From Callorhinchus milii (Eukaryota): a stretch of 64,000 nt of DNA. The first letter of the stretch is position 1; every line of letters starts with the position of its first letter. A program made the position numbers and the translations under genes. The stretch is from contig NW_024704743.1 in NCBI RefSeq assembly GCF_018977255.1, forward strand, positions 33,234,001 through 33,298,000. The letters run 5' to 3'. The notes beneath the pieces are model-generated. The model saw nothing but the letters and a program-made list of their open reading frames with translations. It was not told the origin of the DNA and did no database searches. This document shows, piece after piece, positions 37,161 to 50,100 of this stretch.

Positions 37161-39821
37161 AACAGCAACAAAAATTAATTCACTGAGTTGTTGAATGTTG
37201 AATTCCTGGCAATCGGATTCAGGGGCTGTGTCTGCCTGAGGACACCCACGCAGAAGGTTGAAACTGTACTGTGGTTCTCTGGGGGGGGGGGTTTAAGTTC
37301 CTGAGATTCTTTCCTAAAGCAAAGTCTACAGCTGGAGCGATGGGGAATGGGTAGAATTATCATTATCTTATCCTGAAAATAGGTTTGACAGCTGAGGTAT
37401 TGCAGGCCTGGAGATCCTGTCCGGTCAATGAACTTGGTGGGTGGGGAGGGGGGGAGAGGGAAAGGAAGGCTGGTTCCCTTTTGCTGCATTGCTGTTGTGT
37501 GCATACAGGACTGCTGGTGATGCCCACCCTACGTCTGAAATAAACTAGTGCAGGTTTGACCATCTAATATTGGGAAGGATATTATTTACTCTTGAGAACA
37601 TTCAGCAGTAGGTAACCATGATTTCTGTGGAGCGTGAACTTGCTTTGCGTTTTTTTTGTGAGCAAATTTTTGTGGGAAAGGTTTTGAATAATACATTGCC
37701 ATTGTGTACTGTAGGTCATTTGTAATGATTTCAAGATGCTTAGAAAGGAATATTAGGAGCTTGAAAAGATGTAAGAACTAAATCCTTACAGGTTGTTTGG
37801 CTCGTGCTGGGGGTCACACAAGCAGTCCTATCCATTGCACCTTCCTTATGTAAGTCCCACAGTCAGATCGGACTTGCTTCGAAAACTGGTCAAGAATGTC
37901 AGAGCATTAAAACGCCTTGTCGTCACAAGAAAGCATTCGGCAAACGTTTCCTCATTTTGGTTACTAACCAAAGGTTTGAGGTGAGGTCTATTCTTGTCTT
38001 AGCATTTAGTTTCACCATATTGTGGTATAGCGTAAAGGAATGGAAGGATCAGGCATGTGGCTTAGCCATTGGCATAAGGTTAATCTGGATCCTCTCCAAA
38101 AGTGCATTTTTTCTCCTTTCCCCAGGCTTGTATAAACTAATCAATTGTTGAAGACTTGTATTTAGATGTGCGCGAGACACTGATCCGTGTGAAGGACGCA
38201 ATATAAATGCAAGTTGTTGTTGTAGATATACTCGCATTTTAAACGCTCGGTAGCCTTGTTTAACTTTGGCTCCTGAACAGACTCTCTAGAGTGATAATCC
38301 CAGGACAGTTGATCCAGGGTCACTGACACCCATATAATGCAAACAGACAGTTTTCAATCCCACCCTGTATAATGGATATTGAATTCCTTGTTGTGATGGA
38401 CACTGGCATTGTTCAGTTTCACTGCACAGTACGCCACTTCATGCATGTGACCCATGGAGATAGTGGGGAGATTGAGATAGATAGAGTGTATGAGCTGGAC
38501 TTGCGTAGCTGGAGTGATGAACTGCTGCTACTAATAATACACATGACTGATACAGCAGTGCAGGACTCTGTCCTTTCCAAGTGGAAGCAAAATAGGGTTT
38601 ACAGGAGAATCTCCCCAGCCGAGCCACTTCCAACCACAAGTGCACAGTGGGACAAGCCAGTAAACATCGAACAGCTGACGTGTACCAGTCCAGCTATACT
38701 CAGGTAGTGCTCTGCTATCAAACCACGGGAGGGAATTAGGGGCGGTTTGATGCTGACCGACTCAGATCAACCTAAGTCTAAGTCATCAACCACAAGGAAG
38801 GCCCGAACAGGCAAGATATAGCGGAGACCTTCAATCCATCAGTCGCGGCCCAGACATGAATCTGGGTCCGAGAGATGACAGGTCAGTGATTATGTGCAAT
38901 GAGCAGCTCATGTAATAGATTTGAGCCTTTTTAAACTGTAAGGTGTCCTGACTTTTGTTAAATGGCAATCAGTTACCAAGCAGCCGAGATACAGCTCATC
39001 TCCGGCCTGATAAACAGTGCACGATGTGACCTTGACAAAAAGGAAGATTTTTTTTTAAAAAAAGGAGGAAAGAAAGGATAAGGTTTAAATGGACACTTTG
39101 TAGTTCACTCTTTTCCAGTGACCTGTATGTCAGCCTCACAATGTCAAATCGACAGTAAAATTGGCCCACGCCCTCCGTATTTAATCCGGCTATCGCCATT
39201 AAAGGAATTTCTCCTTGAAGCAAGCCCATTGTGCAATGACCTTTTCTTTGAGCGTTTCTTTTAAAAATTCATTCCTCTGAGAAATTCATGACCACTTTGT
39301 CTTCATGATCTGTTTGTTTATGAGATAAAAGTTGATTTAATAAATGTACTCACTCACAGTTGGGAGGAAGCAGAGATTGATTTGATAAATGGACTGTAGT
39401 TACCTAGAACTAGGAGAAAGCAGAGAGTGTTGAGACTTAGTGCCTAAGTGCCGAATTAAACTCTTTCGGGAACATACAGTGTTCCATTTAACGTATTACC
39501 CAATTTGTCCCAGCTACTGGCCCCTTTCTGAAGCACGTTCTGTATTTATAAAGACTCCAATACATAACTAAACTTCTCGTGGTTTGACCTTAAGACCATC
39601 ATGTTAAAATGCAGAACTGCAATAAACCAGACTTCTAATTGAAACTGAATGGAAAGACTTTCCAAAACCTTGCACAGTCATAAATTTAACTTATCTTATT
39701 ACTCTGATGAAGTGGTCAGATGACCATACCACCAGTAAAGTGTGCTGTTGCAGCAATGACAGTATCAAGTTGTTTCTGGTGTCCTGGGTTTTACCACCTT
39801 CCCTTGTAACTTTCTGTGTAA

Positions 39822-40113
39822 ATAATAATGATAATAATCCTTGTATTTGATATAGTGTCTTATCACACTGTCAAGACGTCTCAAAGCACTTTACGGGATA
39901 TACTGTAAAGTGGACATGATTGTGTATTTTGTGGGCAAAAAACACAACAATGTCCTACAATCAGCCATGGAGTGAGTGACCAATTTTATTTGGGGGATTA
40001 TTGGCCAGGACACCAGGAGAAACTGCCTTCTCTTTTCAAATAGTGCAATGGGATCTTTAACATCCACCTGAACAGGCAGACGGGACCTCGGTGTAATGTC
40101 TCATCTGAAGGAC
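39822..40113 (-). mobile_element. Deu-domain SINE, core plus tail
   Basis: ttggccaggacaccaggagaaactgccttctcttttcaaatagtgcaatgggatctttaacatccacctgaacaggcagacggg. Confidence 0.82.
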
Positions 40114-40999
40114 AGAAGAAATACTTGCCTGTCCTAAACCAGGCCTTCAAAACCCCCAAATCCGTGCTGTGCACGAGGAGTTTTACCCATCCCGATACCA
40201 TTAGCAATGTGTACCTTGGAAAAGCATTCCAGCTCTACTCCTGACAAAGGTTGAGATAGTGCCAGTGTGGAGGAGAACACCCAGTGAGTGCAAAGAACCA
40301 GTCTCCAAAACAAGCTAAAATGAAAAGTACTATAATTTATTTTTAAAAAACGGCCCAGTTGTGGGTAGCGAGGCCGAGTGTTTTTCAGATACTATCATGA
40401 GGCTGAATTGCTCTCAAAATCAGTTCTTTGCAAATCTCTACATCTGAATGGATGACGTCCGAGATGATGTGTTAGTGAAGAGGGAACGAAATCAGCAGTG
40501 GACACACTGCCTGACCTTCCAACCTAGTTGCTAAGCAATCATGAGAATATTCTATGTGACCTCTCCACAGCAAATTGACTCAGCACCTTTGGTAAAATAA
40601 TATCGTCCTCCACAGGTAGGAGATGACCTTTTAACCTTGCAGGACAATCTCAGACAATTCCTATCGGAGTCTTTATGAACCAGGGCCCAGAATCTTCTTT
40701 ATGCAAATTAATATCCAGTGGATCATTTCTGATGGGAACATTGTAATAATTACTACAGGACCTTTCAGATTTGCTCAGTAATGGACGTTTGCTGTTATTT
40801 GCCACGAAGGTTGAGATAAGTGCACAAGCGGTTCGTTCCCCTGCCCATCAGTGGTGGTTATAGTCATGTACAATAATGTGTGTGGGATGAGTTATTTGTG
40901 ATTTCTGAAACTATTTAAATAGTTGAGAATGTCCAAATAAACAGCTGTAGAAAGATGAAGCTTGCTGCGTTCGCAAGCAGCTGCCAGTTACTCTCTCTA

Positions 41000-41395
41000 G
41001 AACACATGACGCAGAATCCCAGGCTGCACCCAAGTCTCCCCACTTCCCCTCTGTTTCTCTCTGTAAAGCCCCCCCCCTTGAGATAATGCTACTTTTAGTC
41101 CCAGCCAGAACGCAGCAAGCAGCTGGGCGAGGAGAAATTCTTCATTGGTCTTTTTGTCTGAAGTGAAATGAAGACAGTAGACTGTGGGTTGCAATCTGTC
41201 GCTGCTTGGAAGAGAAGCAGATTATCAGCTGCTCTGAAGGCAACATATCTGTAGATAGACCAGGGGAAGCCTGCACAGGATTTAGGTAGGGAGGAGTGAA
41301 CGATCCACACTGTGCAGATGCCTGAGAAGTTGAAATTCCTCCACTAACTGTGTTGACGGAGCCTACAATTCATTCCTGTGTTAGCAGCACTCAAG
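41000..41395 (+). promoter_or_regulatory. Candidate alternative promoter / 5'UTR first exon of RIPOR2
   Basis: Repeat-free segment with a PU.1/ETS-like cacttcccct, E-boxes (cagctg) and gaagtgaaa, ending in donor AAG|gtaggt at 41396. The 5' boundary is a guess. Confidence 0.4.
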
Positions 41396-43030
41396 GTAGG
41401 TGTACAACAACAACAACAAGATTCCATTTATAAAGGTGTAGGATTATACATGATTGTAATGCTGTTAAGATGCAGTTACTTGTTTAAACGTAAATGTACA
41501 GTTCAGTTTTGACTATGGTGTGGTTCTGTGTCAAAGTTGCCAGTTCTCGTAGAATTAAGTCAAGACCTCAGTGTAATTTTCACTAATAAGCTGCAACCTG
41601 TTCAATAGGAAATAAATGGCCTCGGTATGATACCTCTTACCAGAACATGCTTTCCTTATGGTTCCCAAATACAGTGTTATTGAAAAACTTCATACAGCTG
41701 TTGATACTCCTTTTGATATTCTTTCAGTCTGTTTTTCTTCACTTCCTGTGGTTTGCTTATTGAGTACCATTGAGGGCAGTGTGCTGAGACCTGGAGGAGA
41801 TTCAGATAATTCCAGCTGTGTCCCATAAAATGCATAATTCTGCATAAGGTTTGATTCCCATTGCATGCAAGTTTCATCCACTGTTGTTGGGAACAGCTGG
41901 AACATTTTGGGAACTGAATTTTGTTGTGTCCAAAGACATATGAACGGTAAAGCACTTTGAGATGTTTCCCTGACACGAAAGAGGCTATATAAAATGTAAA
42001 TTGTACTGTATATTACAGAGTTCATTTCTTTTTTTCAAAAATATATATGATTTCCAATGTGATGTTTCTGGCAAGTAAAACTGAAGTGTTCTCCAAACTC
42101 GAGTTAATTTATTGTTGGAACATTTAAAAAATGTCTACAAAAGCAACAACAAAATTACATTTGTATAGCGCCTTTCACGTTGAGAGGACGTCCCAACATG
42201 CTGGACAATCAGTGTTTTGGAGCCAAGCTGGGGGTCGGGATCAGAGAGGGTGGATAGCATTGGAGGGGGAAAGGAGGGTGATCAAGGGCAGGGTCAAGAT
42301 AAGAGTGATAAGAGCCTTGATAAGAGTGAGTTGCGGTGAAAGGTCTAGTGTTGAGCTCTTTGCTTGACTATAAGATTTATGTGGTCTGCAGTGAAGTGGA
42401 CTCAGGGCATTTACAGTTCTTGGCACAGTTATCATGAATGAATGGGATTAGTTTACCAAGGTCTGGGATTTTTCTCTTTCCCTTGCCACCTCCTCCTCCC
42501 CTGGGACAATGGTTCAACAGGCACCAGCCATCCTCCAGTACCTCACGTAAGTGGAATTCCTCCTGAGCCAACCCAGATACTGGATGTCAGTCTTGAGATC
42601 ATTGGGTGAGAATGTCAGGTCGAAGTCTGATCCTGCTCTAACCCTATGTTCACACATGCACATTCCAGTAGGGGGGGGCCTCCACAGTGATCGGGGACGG
42701 AAACTCTTATTAATTACTTTCTCCTTTCCTTCCAAACCCACAACCCCTCTCCCAAACAAGCCCCCCCCCCCCCCCCCCCCACATCTCTTTGCCCTAGCTC
42801 AAATCATCTAACTCACCACAGAACAAGGTTTAAACTTAGTTTATAAGATTTTGTTTCACACTGGCAATAGGGAAAACTCCATTCATACGACCACACATGA
42901 ATTCTGCTTGCAATTCATATAAAAGTCCAGAAAGATTTATTTATTTATTCTGAAGAATAAATCTTCTGTTTCCCTTGCCACCTCCCCCTCCGAGTTCTCT
43001 AACCACTGAGCAAGTGCTCTAAATCATACA

Positions 43031-43330
43031 GTAGTCCTGTAGCACAGTGATTAGAGCATTTGCCTCGCAAGCGAGACACCTGGGTTCAATTCCAGGCAGG
43101 GCGAAACCTTGGGCAAATTTTCTTACTCCACACACCTAATAATAATCCCTCAAGAAAAAAAAACAATAATAAAATTGGTCACTTCAATCCACGACTGTTT
43201 GTGGGATACTGCTGTGCGCAATTGGCTGCCACAAATATAGAGTCAATTCATTTTACAGTATATTCTGTGAAGTGTTTTGAGATGTCTAGAAGACGTGAAA
43301 AGCGCTATATCAAATGCAAAGATTATTATT
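43031..43330 (+). mobile_element. tRNA-derived SINE, head plus tail
   Basis: gtagtcctgtagcacagtgattagagcatttgcctcgcaagcgagacacctgggttcaattccaggcagggcgaaacc...caaatgcaaagattatt. Confidence 0.9.
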
Positions 43331-43844
43331 GTTTATTATTTATATTGAGCGTTAAAGTTATTGGGGCACAATTGCCAAACTTTGCTCTGATATTTTGTAA
43401 TTGATGTAGAAAATGGTGAGTTACAAAAAACAGACACAGTGTATTAACCTGTATTGGTGAGTCTGGGACTATGTTTGTCCCACTGAGGAATGGATCAGCA
43501 GAAATAGGGAATAGAATGCCAGCAAAAACAAGTAATACTATGTCTATTATCTCCATCGAAAAGAGTACTGGGATAGGTAACTTTTTAAGCATATGGATCT
43601 AAAGGTAAAGATAGACGTGGATGATCAAACACTTCAAACAGTTTGTAATGGGAAGATGAAAGGTTTGTTATTCTGGAAGGATGAGATATTAAAGGCTGAA
43701 GAACCTTTTTTATCTAAAACCTCATCTGATAAATTGTGTGGGAGTGGCAGGAAGGACAAATATTCGTCATCTGATATTGCACCCTGGTTATGGCTGTTTG
43801 TCCATAACTGCAGAAAATACTGCAGTCATGATTCCAACAAATTA

Positions 43845-44065
43845 CATTGATATAATGCCCTTCTTGTAGGATAATGTCTCGGAATGCTTCACAAAAACAG
43901 GGCGGCTCCAAGGGGGGAGGAGGGCAGTGGGGAGGAGGGATGTGCGAGGTGATCATAGACACAGTTAAAGAAGTACGTTTTTAAACAGGATTTAACGACA
44001 GATAGAGCGTGGGTCAAATATAGAGGGAAGGAGTTCCAGAGGTTAGGGGTATTGTAACTGACTCC
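43845..44065 (-). mobile_element. Degraded L2 3' fragment
   Basis: Minus strand SYNTPNLWNSFPLYL...KSCLKTYFFNCVY resembles the L2 ORF2 C-terminus. Confidence 0.65.
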
Positions 44066-47000
44066 AGCTACAGTTTTATCTAGTGGACCGTGGCCAACTA
44101 ATCCAGAGACTGAAAGCACAATACAAAGGGCACCTCTGTCAGTGTTTGGCAAGCCAGGTTTTTGTTTGGTGAGAGATAAAAGCCAAGAGCCCTGGCCGTC
44201 ATTTTTAATCACTGTATTGTCACACGATGCATTGTGCATTTTGAGACAATCTATCTTGTTTTACATTCGTAATCCAATGGGATGAAAAAGTTTGCCCATC
44301 ACATTGTATTAACACACAAAGACGATGCCCTTTAAATAGAATGAAGGAGAATGGAGTGTGTTTGAAACCCCTGCAGTTGCAGGGCTCTAGATTAAGAAAA
44401 GATGCCTTTATGACTGAAAGGATCCAGTGTTGGATTAACCCTGAAGCAATGCAGCAGCTCCACATAGCTATCTCATCAGCTGTCACTAACCTCTTACTAA
44501 CCACATGCTGGCACTCTGAACACTGGGTGTCTGCTGGGATCAGTCAGTTGTCGAAGGCTGTTCTGCCACCATTGAACAATTCCTCTGATACTCAGTGCGT
44601 ATCATTGGGGATGAATTCTCAACTCGATGTTAACTGTCAAATGAAGATAGTGATACAATTTCATTAATAAATGAGAAGATAAAAACAAGTCGGGTGTTTT
44701 ATCTTTCTATTTCAAGCCCCTGACCCTCCAAACTGCCTCTCCTCTTCCTTCTCCCCTCCTTCTCCCCCTCCTTCTCCTCCTCCTCTCCTGAAATCATTAA
44801 CCATCACTGGGTACAGTCCAATGAATGCTAGCGGGTCCTCTTAACTAAACCTGGCTTACCAAACACTGACAGAGATGCTCTTTGTATGCTACTCATCCAT
44901 GTGCTCGTTCTTTACAAGTTTAGAGAGTGCAAGTGACTTTTCGCGATATTGCAACCAGTCAAACCCGAACTTGTCCTCCCCCATCTCTGCACAGAGCACT
45001 TTTTACCCGGGGACCGTGGATAGATCTGGGGTAGGAATCTTGGCTGTTTTGGCTGAGGAGCACAAATCCAAAGCATTAGGAACTCCCAAAAAGCAGAGAG
45101 TAACATCATGAGGATTGGAGACGAAGAAGCGGGCTGAGCCTTACAGGCCAGTATATTGCTTTTTAGCTTTAGCCTTACAAAACTGGAACGTACCTCTCTT
45201 CCCCAGTGGATGGGTGAGTGGATTTTTCCAGCTCCACACAATGTCTTCCTCCTTCCAGCTTTTTTGGCAAACCTAAGTGCCCCTTTCCTCCTGAAACTGA
45301 GAATACTGTGTACAGCAGGAGTGAGTCACACAGCAAGAATGAGATTTTAAGAGACATGATCTTACAAGGGCAGTTAGTATTGGGGTTCAGCTAGATGTGA
45401 ACATGATGTGTTCACTCTGTATAACTGAAATCCTTTCCTCTTGTTGCTTGATATACTGCCTGAACTGCAGCTACTTTAAAAGGGCTGGGAATCAGGAGCC
45501 AGTATTGGTGTGATTTTATTTTGTCTTCATTAGATTGTATCATTTACACAGATTTCTTTGCAAGCGTGCATATTTATCACTACCCCTTGGTCCAAATTGA
45601 GCCACACAAATGATCAGCTCTGAAGATATTCTGCTCGGTATAGCTCATGGCTGCTCCAGGTAGGGCGTTTCAATGGAATCGAAGCAAGTTTCTGTCATTG
45701 TAGTATGATTCCCCAAATATCCTCGCCACGCATACATTGTATGTTTTACTCATTACAAAGAACAGAAACCTATGTCAGAGCACCCCTCTGCCATACAGAC
45801 CAGAAAGTCACAGATAGGTCTGATCCCTGATCTGTCCTTGACTTCGCTGATCTCCACTCCCACAGTTGTAGGAAGCGCTTCAGTTGACCTCAGTTCCTGT
45901 GCTGGGATGGAAAAAGATCTCAGTTGACTTTCCAAAGTCCAATGAGTCCACATGGATGTGTGGATGTTGAGTGAGGTTAGGGTCAGCTCACTTCACCCCT
46001 TATGGTGGAACAGCTTGCTTGTCAACCAGCCTCACACAAGAAGAATAGTCCCTGGAACAGAATATCAGATTGCAGTGCCGGCAGACCTCGATACCCCAGC
46101 ATGTGTCCGCACGTTTAGAAGAGAGAAGAAAATTCACAAAAACCACTGAGCTGATGTATGAAAGAATCATGAGCTATATTCATCCTCCAACATTGCGCAA
46201 ACGAAAAGGAATATGTATCCTCATGTTACTGTGTTCTTTTGAGTGGATCTTATTCTACATGAGATAGCTGGTTCGAAAATGGGTTTCAATCACAAAAGTA
46301 CAAATAAAGCATTGTTCCCAGCTTAAGACAAAATTTTACCTTACCTGAATAATTTTTGGGAATTTGATTTACCTGAATAATTGTATTTCCTTGCAGCTTA
46401 TCACATTTTCAGAAACAGTTGATTGAATTTCAATCTTGCAGTTTAGCATTCTCCGATCCCAATCTCTTATGGGTATCTGCACTCCAAACTGAATGAGACT
46501 TTAACTGACTGAAGATTCTTTCCCTGTAAAGACTGAGTTAATGAACCATAAGCCATTGTAAGCAAGAGAAAAGTACTTGCATTGTTGTAGCACTTTATAT
46601 GGCAAAATGTCTTTGAAGGCTTTACAGTAATCATTGTCAATTGTAATGATTTTGTAAGTAAACTCAGCTCCTAGGTCCCACAAACAGCCATGAGCTGAGG
46701 CACTACTGCTCTACCCCCACTCTCTGGAACACCCCACTCAATGCCTCCATCTCATCCCCTCGCCCTCCCTCTCTATCGTCAAAAGCTGTGTAAAACACTA
46801 CTTCTTTCACCATCCCTATGATCACCTTAAAATTGGATAACTGAATGAAGAATCATTGGTGTCTAACGTGCTGAGGGCTACAATTTGTGATCTTTTTCAT
46901 TAAATCTTTATAACAGAAAATCACATCGAAAGAATAAGTGAAAGATCACTATTATAGCAATCAAAGTGTATTAGATCCCATTAATCAGTACAAGGAAAAA

Positions 47001-48097
47001 GCAGGGTAATTGGATTGGATTTGATAGCTCTAGTGAGGAAGCTAGCACCAGCATAGACACAATAGCCTGAATGGCCTCCTTCTGTGCTGTAAATATTCTG
47101 AGAATCTAGGTTTATTTTCAGCTGTCAGCTTGCCTTACAAGCTCGAAATGGAATGGACAAATGTAGCAGTGCCTAAGTCAAAGGTGGAGAGGATTCCAGC
47201 ATGTAAGAAAACCGCCCGGTGATTCCTCTTAAAAAATAACAAATAGCAGCATGCAACGAGGCATTCGATCATTAATAACCCTAACCCTAACAGTCTGTTT
47301 GAACTTTGAACTTATGCTTTTATGATGAATCTGAGTTTTTGCAGGCAATCACACATCTTACTCATTATTGTCCATTATTCTGTGTGTGTTTCTTTAATAG
47401 AATAATGGACAAGAGCAGAATGTCTGAAAGCCTGCAGAGCTGTGCTCCAATAGAAGGGGAAATTAATCAGAGCATCTTTAGAAAAAGAGGCGAGGGGATA
47501 GGAGAAAATTGGTGAAGAGAGTTTGTCAGGAAAAATTAACAGAATAATGGTCAGAGTACTTCACGCAGTGAACAAGTGGAGCGCTTGTTCTATATCTATA
47601 ATTAACACCATGTAGAGCTATAGGAAACCCCTTACATTTTATGCCAGTCATTTTAGACTCGCCTGTCATGATTTGCTTGAAGAAATCAGTCAGATAAAGT
47701 ATTATATTGCACAGTATGTAGACCATCAGTGGAGAGAATTTTCACCTGGGTCCCGAATTGGGCAAAATTGTTGAATTCTGTCTTAATTTTTAAGTTGGTT
47801 GTCTGAGGTTCTTAATTGAAATGTATTAAAAATATGACTTACATAAAGTATGAGTTATGTAAAACTTGCATAAGTTATAGGAAATTCAATGAGACTTATA
47901 TGATTTATAAATCATATAATCAGACTTATGCGAGTTTTACTGTACCACAATTCATCCAGCTTTTTGCCAAGATATACAATGTAACTCAATCCATTACTCT
48001 GTTTTGAAATACATTTGTATTTGTTGATCAATTCACTCAATGCTAATGCTGTATTTGGAAAATTCTACAGTACACTGCTGCCTGAGAACATTTAACT

Positions 48098-48585
48098 ACA
48101 ACAACAACTCGCACTTTTATAGCGCCCTCCACGCAGGGTAGCGTCTCAGAGCGCTTAACAGTGGCGGAGCCTGACTCTGAGCCGGGTGAGGGTGGAGGTG
48201 GCCATAAGCACAGTCAAAGAGGAAGATTTTCAGGTGGGACTTGAAAAAGGAGAGAGACGGAGCAAGGCGGAGGGATTGAGGAAGAGTGTTCCAGAGTTTC
48301 GGGTTGTAGTAGTCAAAAGTGTGACCTCTGATGGTGGGGCAGAGGGTGCGAGGGACGAGCAGGATGCCGGTGCCAGTCGAGCGGAGGCGCCAAGCGGTGG
48401 ATTGGGGAGTGAGGAGGTTGGTGAGGTAGGGAGGTGCCAGAGAGTGAAGGATTTGAACACGAGTGTGAGGACCATGAAGTCGATCCATTCAGTGATGGGG
48501 AGCCAGTGGAGCCTGGCCAGAACTTGTGAGATATGGGTACAGGGTTTGGTCCAGGTACGTATGTGGACGGCAGAGTTCTGAATGA
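48098..48585 (-). mobile_element. L2 LINE 3' fragment
   Basis: Minus strand HISQVLARLHWLPI...KLWNTLPQSLRLAPSLSFFKSHLKIFLF, then tail agcgctctgagacgctaccctgcgtggagggcgctata...(ttg)n. Confidence 0.9.
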
Positions 48586-49689
48586 AAAGGAGATAGAGAG
48601 AGTGTTGATGTCTTGGTCCCTCGCAGGGAGCAGCTTGTTTGACAAGATGCTTGATATCTTCCTGTGTGGCTGTTTTTTTGCCTATGTTTGACACTACGTT
48701 GTGTGAAAACAGATGATTTGCTTTTTCATGCAAATCATCTCTGTGACAGCGCCCTCTGCACTAAATAAAGTACTATAAAACATACAGGCACCTGACCTTC
48801 TGCAAATATCACTTCCAGCTGCCTACTCTTTCAGCATTTGACAATTTAATGTGACAAAGAAATAATTTTCTCATTACGCGCTGTCATTTCGGGATTAGCG
48901 AGGCAGTATCAATCCCATTCAATCAATCGGCAATAGGCCAAGGCTTAGGCCTTCTGCTGGGTGCTTTGTGACTGAAATGGAAACATTAAAGAGCCAACAT
49001 TAATTAATTTCCTCACAAAGCAAGGCTAATACAGAGCCACCAATCCATTTCATTTACTGCACCAAAATAACCATTTGTTTCATTGTTTCTCTCAGAGAAA
49101 GTCATACTTTTGATAATATGGTAATAATAATCCTTGTACTTGACATAGTGCCTGCTTTTCACCGTCGGGAGGACGTCTCAAATTGCTTATAGATACACTG
49201 TAAAGTGTAGTGACTGTACATTTTAAAGGTGAACACAGCAGCCAATTTTGCACACAGCAATGTCCTTCAAACAATCATGATCATCAGGAAAAGACGTGTT
49301 GGATTCAGTGGGCTCAGAATTGTTGGGGTGGCTCATTTCAGATCAGATCTGAAATGTGTTTGTCACTGTGTCAACTGTGTATGTCAACCTGGCTCAGCTG
49401 GTAGACTCTCACCTCTGAGTAAGAAGGCTGTGGGTTCAAGCCCCTCGTTGGAACTCATACAGTTTTAAATGACACTCCAATGCAGTGCTGCGGGTGTGCT
49501 ACATTGTTGGAGGAGCTGTTCTTCGGAGGAGATGACCATAAGTGTCAAACAATAGTTACATTTGATGTTAAGCTTGACCTTGTGGCTGACATTGTAATCA
49601 CTGGAGTATGGGCTCTCTGATATGAATAAATACCATCTACTTCTGGCGGGTTTAAAAGAGACGTCTCTAAACCTCTGAATAAAAAATAT

Positions 49690-50100
49690 TCAAACTTTAA
49701 AATATTTCATTGACAATGTATTTAAAACTAAAAGTTGAAATAGCATCTTCAGGAGTGGAGATTTACTGTAAAATGTAGTAACTATTTTGGAAGCAAATGT
49801 AACCAATTTGCACACAGCAAAGACCACAAAACAGCCATCAAATCGATGACCAGTTTCATCTGGAGGATTGTTGGCCATGATACCATGCCTTCTCTTTTTA
49901 ATTAGTACCATGAGATCTGTAACATCCATCTGAACAGGCAGATAGGATCTCAGTTTAACATCTCGTTTGAAAGATCAATTCAGTGCATCCCCAGCACTGT
50001 ATTGGAAGGTCAACTTAGCCTGTGAATTAAAGTCCTGACATGGGGTTTGAACCCACAACCTTCTGAATTAGACATGACAGTGCTACCAACTGAGCAAGGC
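49690..50100 (-). mobile_element. Deu-domain SINE; further fragments at about 49388-49535(+), 50430-50610(-) and 50848-51045(+)
   Basis: Head (ccttgctcagttggtagcac) and core (ctgcctgttcagatggatgttacagatctcatgg) on the minus strand. Confidence 0.72.

Noticed and set aside
38372..38707. 111-aa ORF whose start (DIEFLVVMDTGIVQFH) faintly recalls an ADAMTS metalloprotease strand
   Set aside because: The resemblance does not extend beyond ~16 residues, there are no other exons, and the donor phase does not fit RIPOR2 exon A.
39701..39745. Hammerhead ribozyme (ctgatga motif; also near 5873 and 26652)
   Set aside because: No properly placed GAAA with supporting stems.
40527..40585. RFX X-box-like (gttgctaagcaat) and MARE-like (tgactcagca) motifs
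   Set aside because: Isolated short motifs are expected by chance in 64 kb, and no independent support is visible.
43593..43850. 85-aa ORF as an alternative RIPOR2 coding first exon
   Set aside because: No good phase-1 donor and no recognisable homology.
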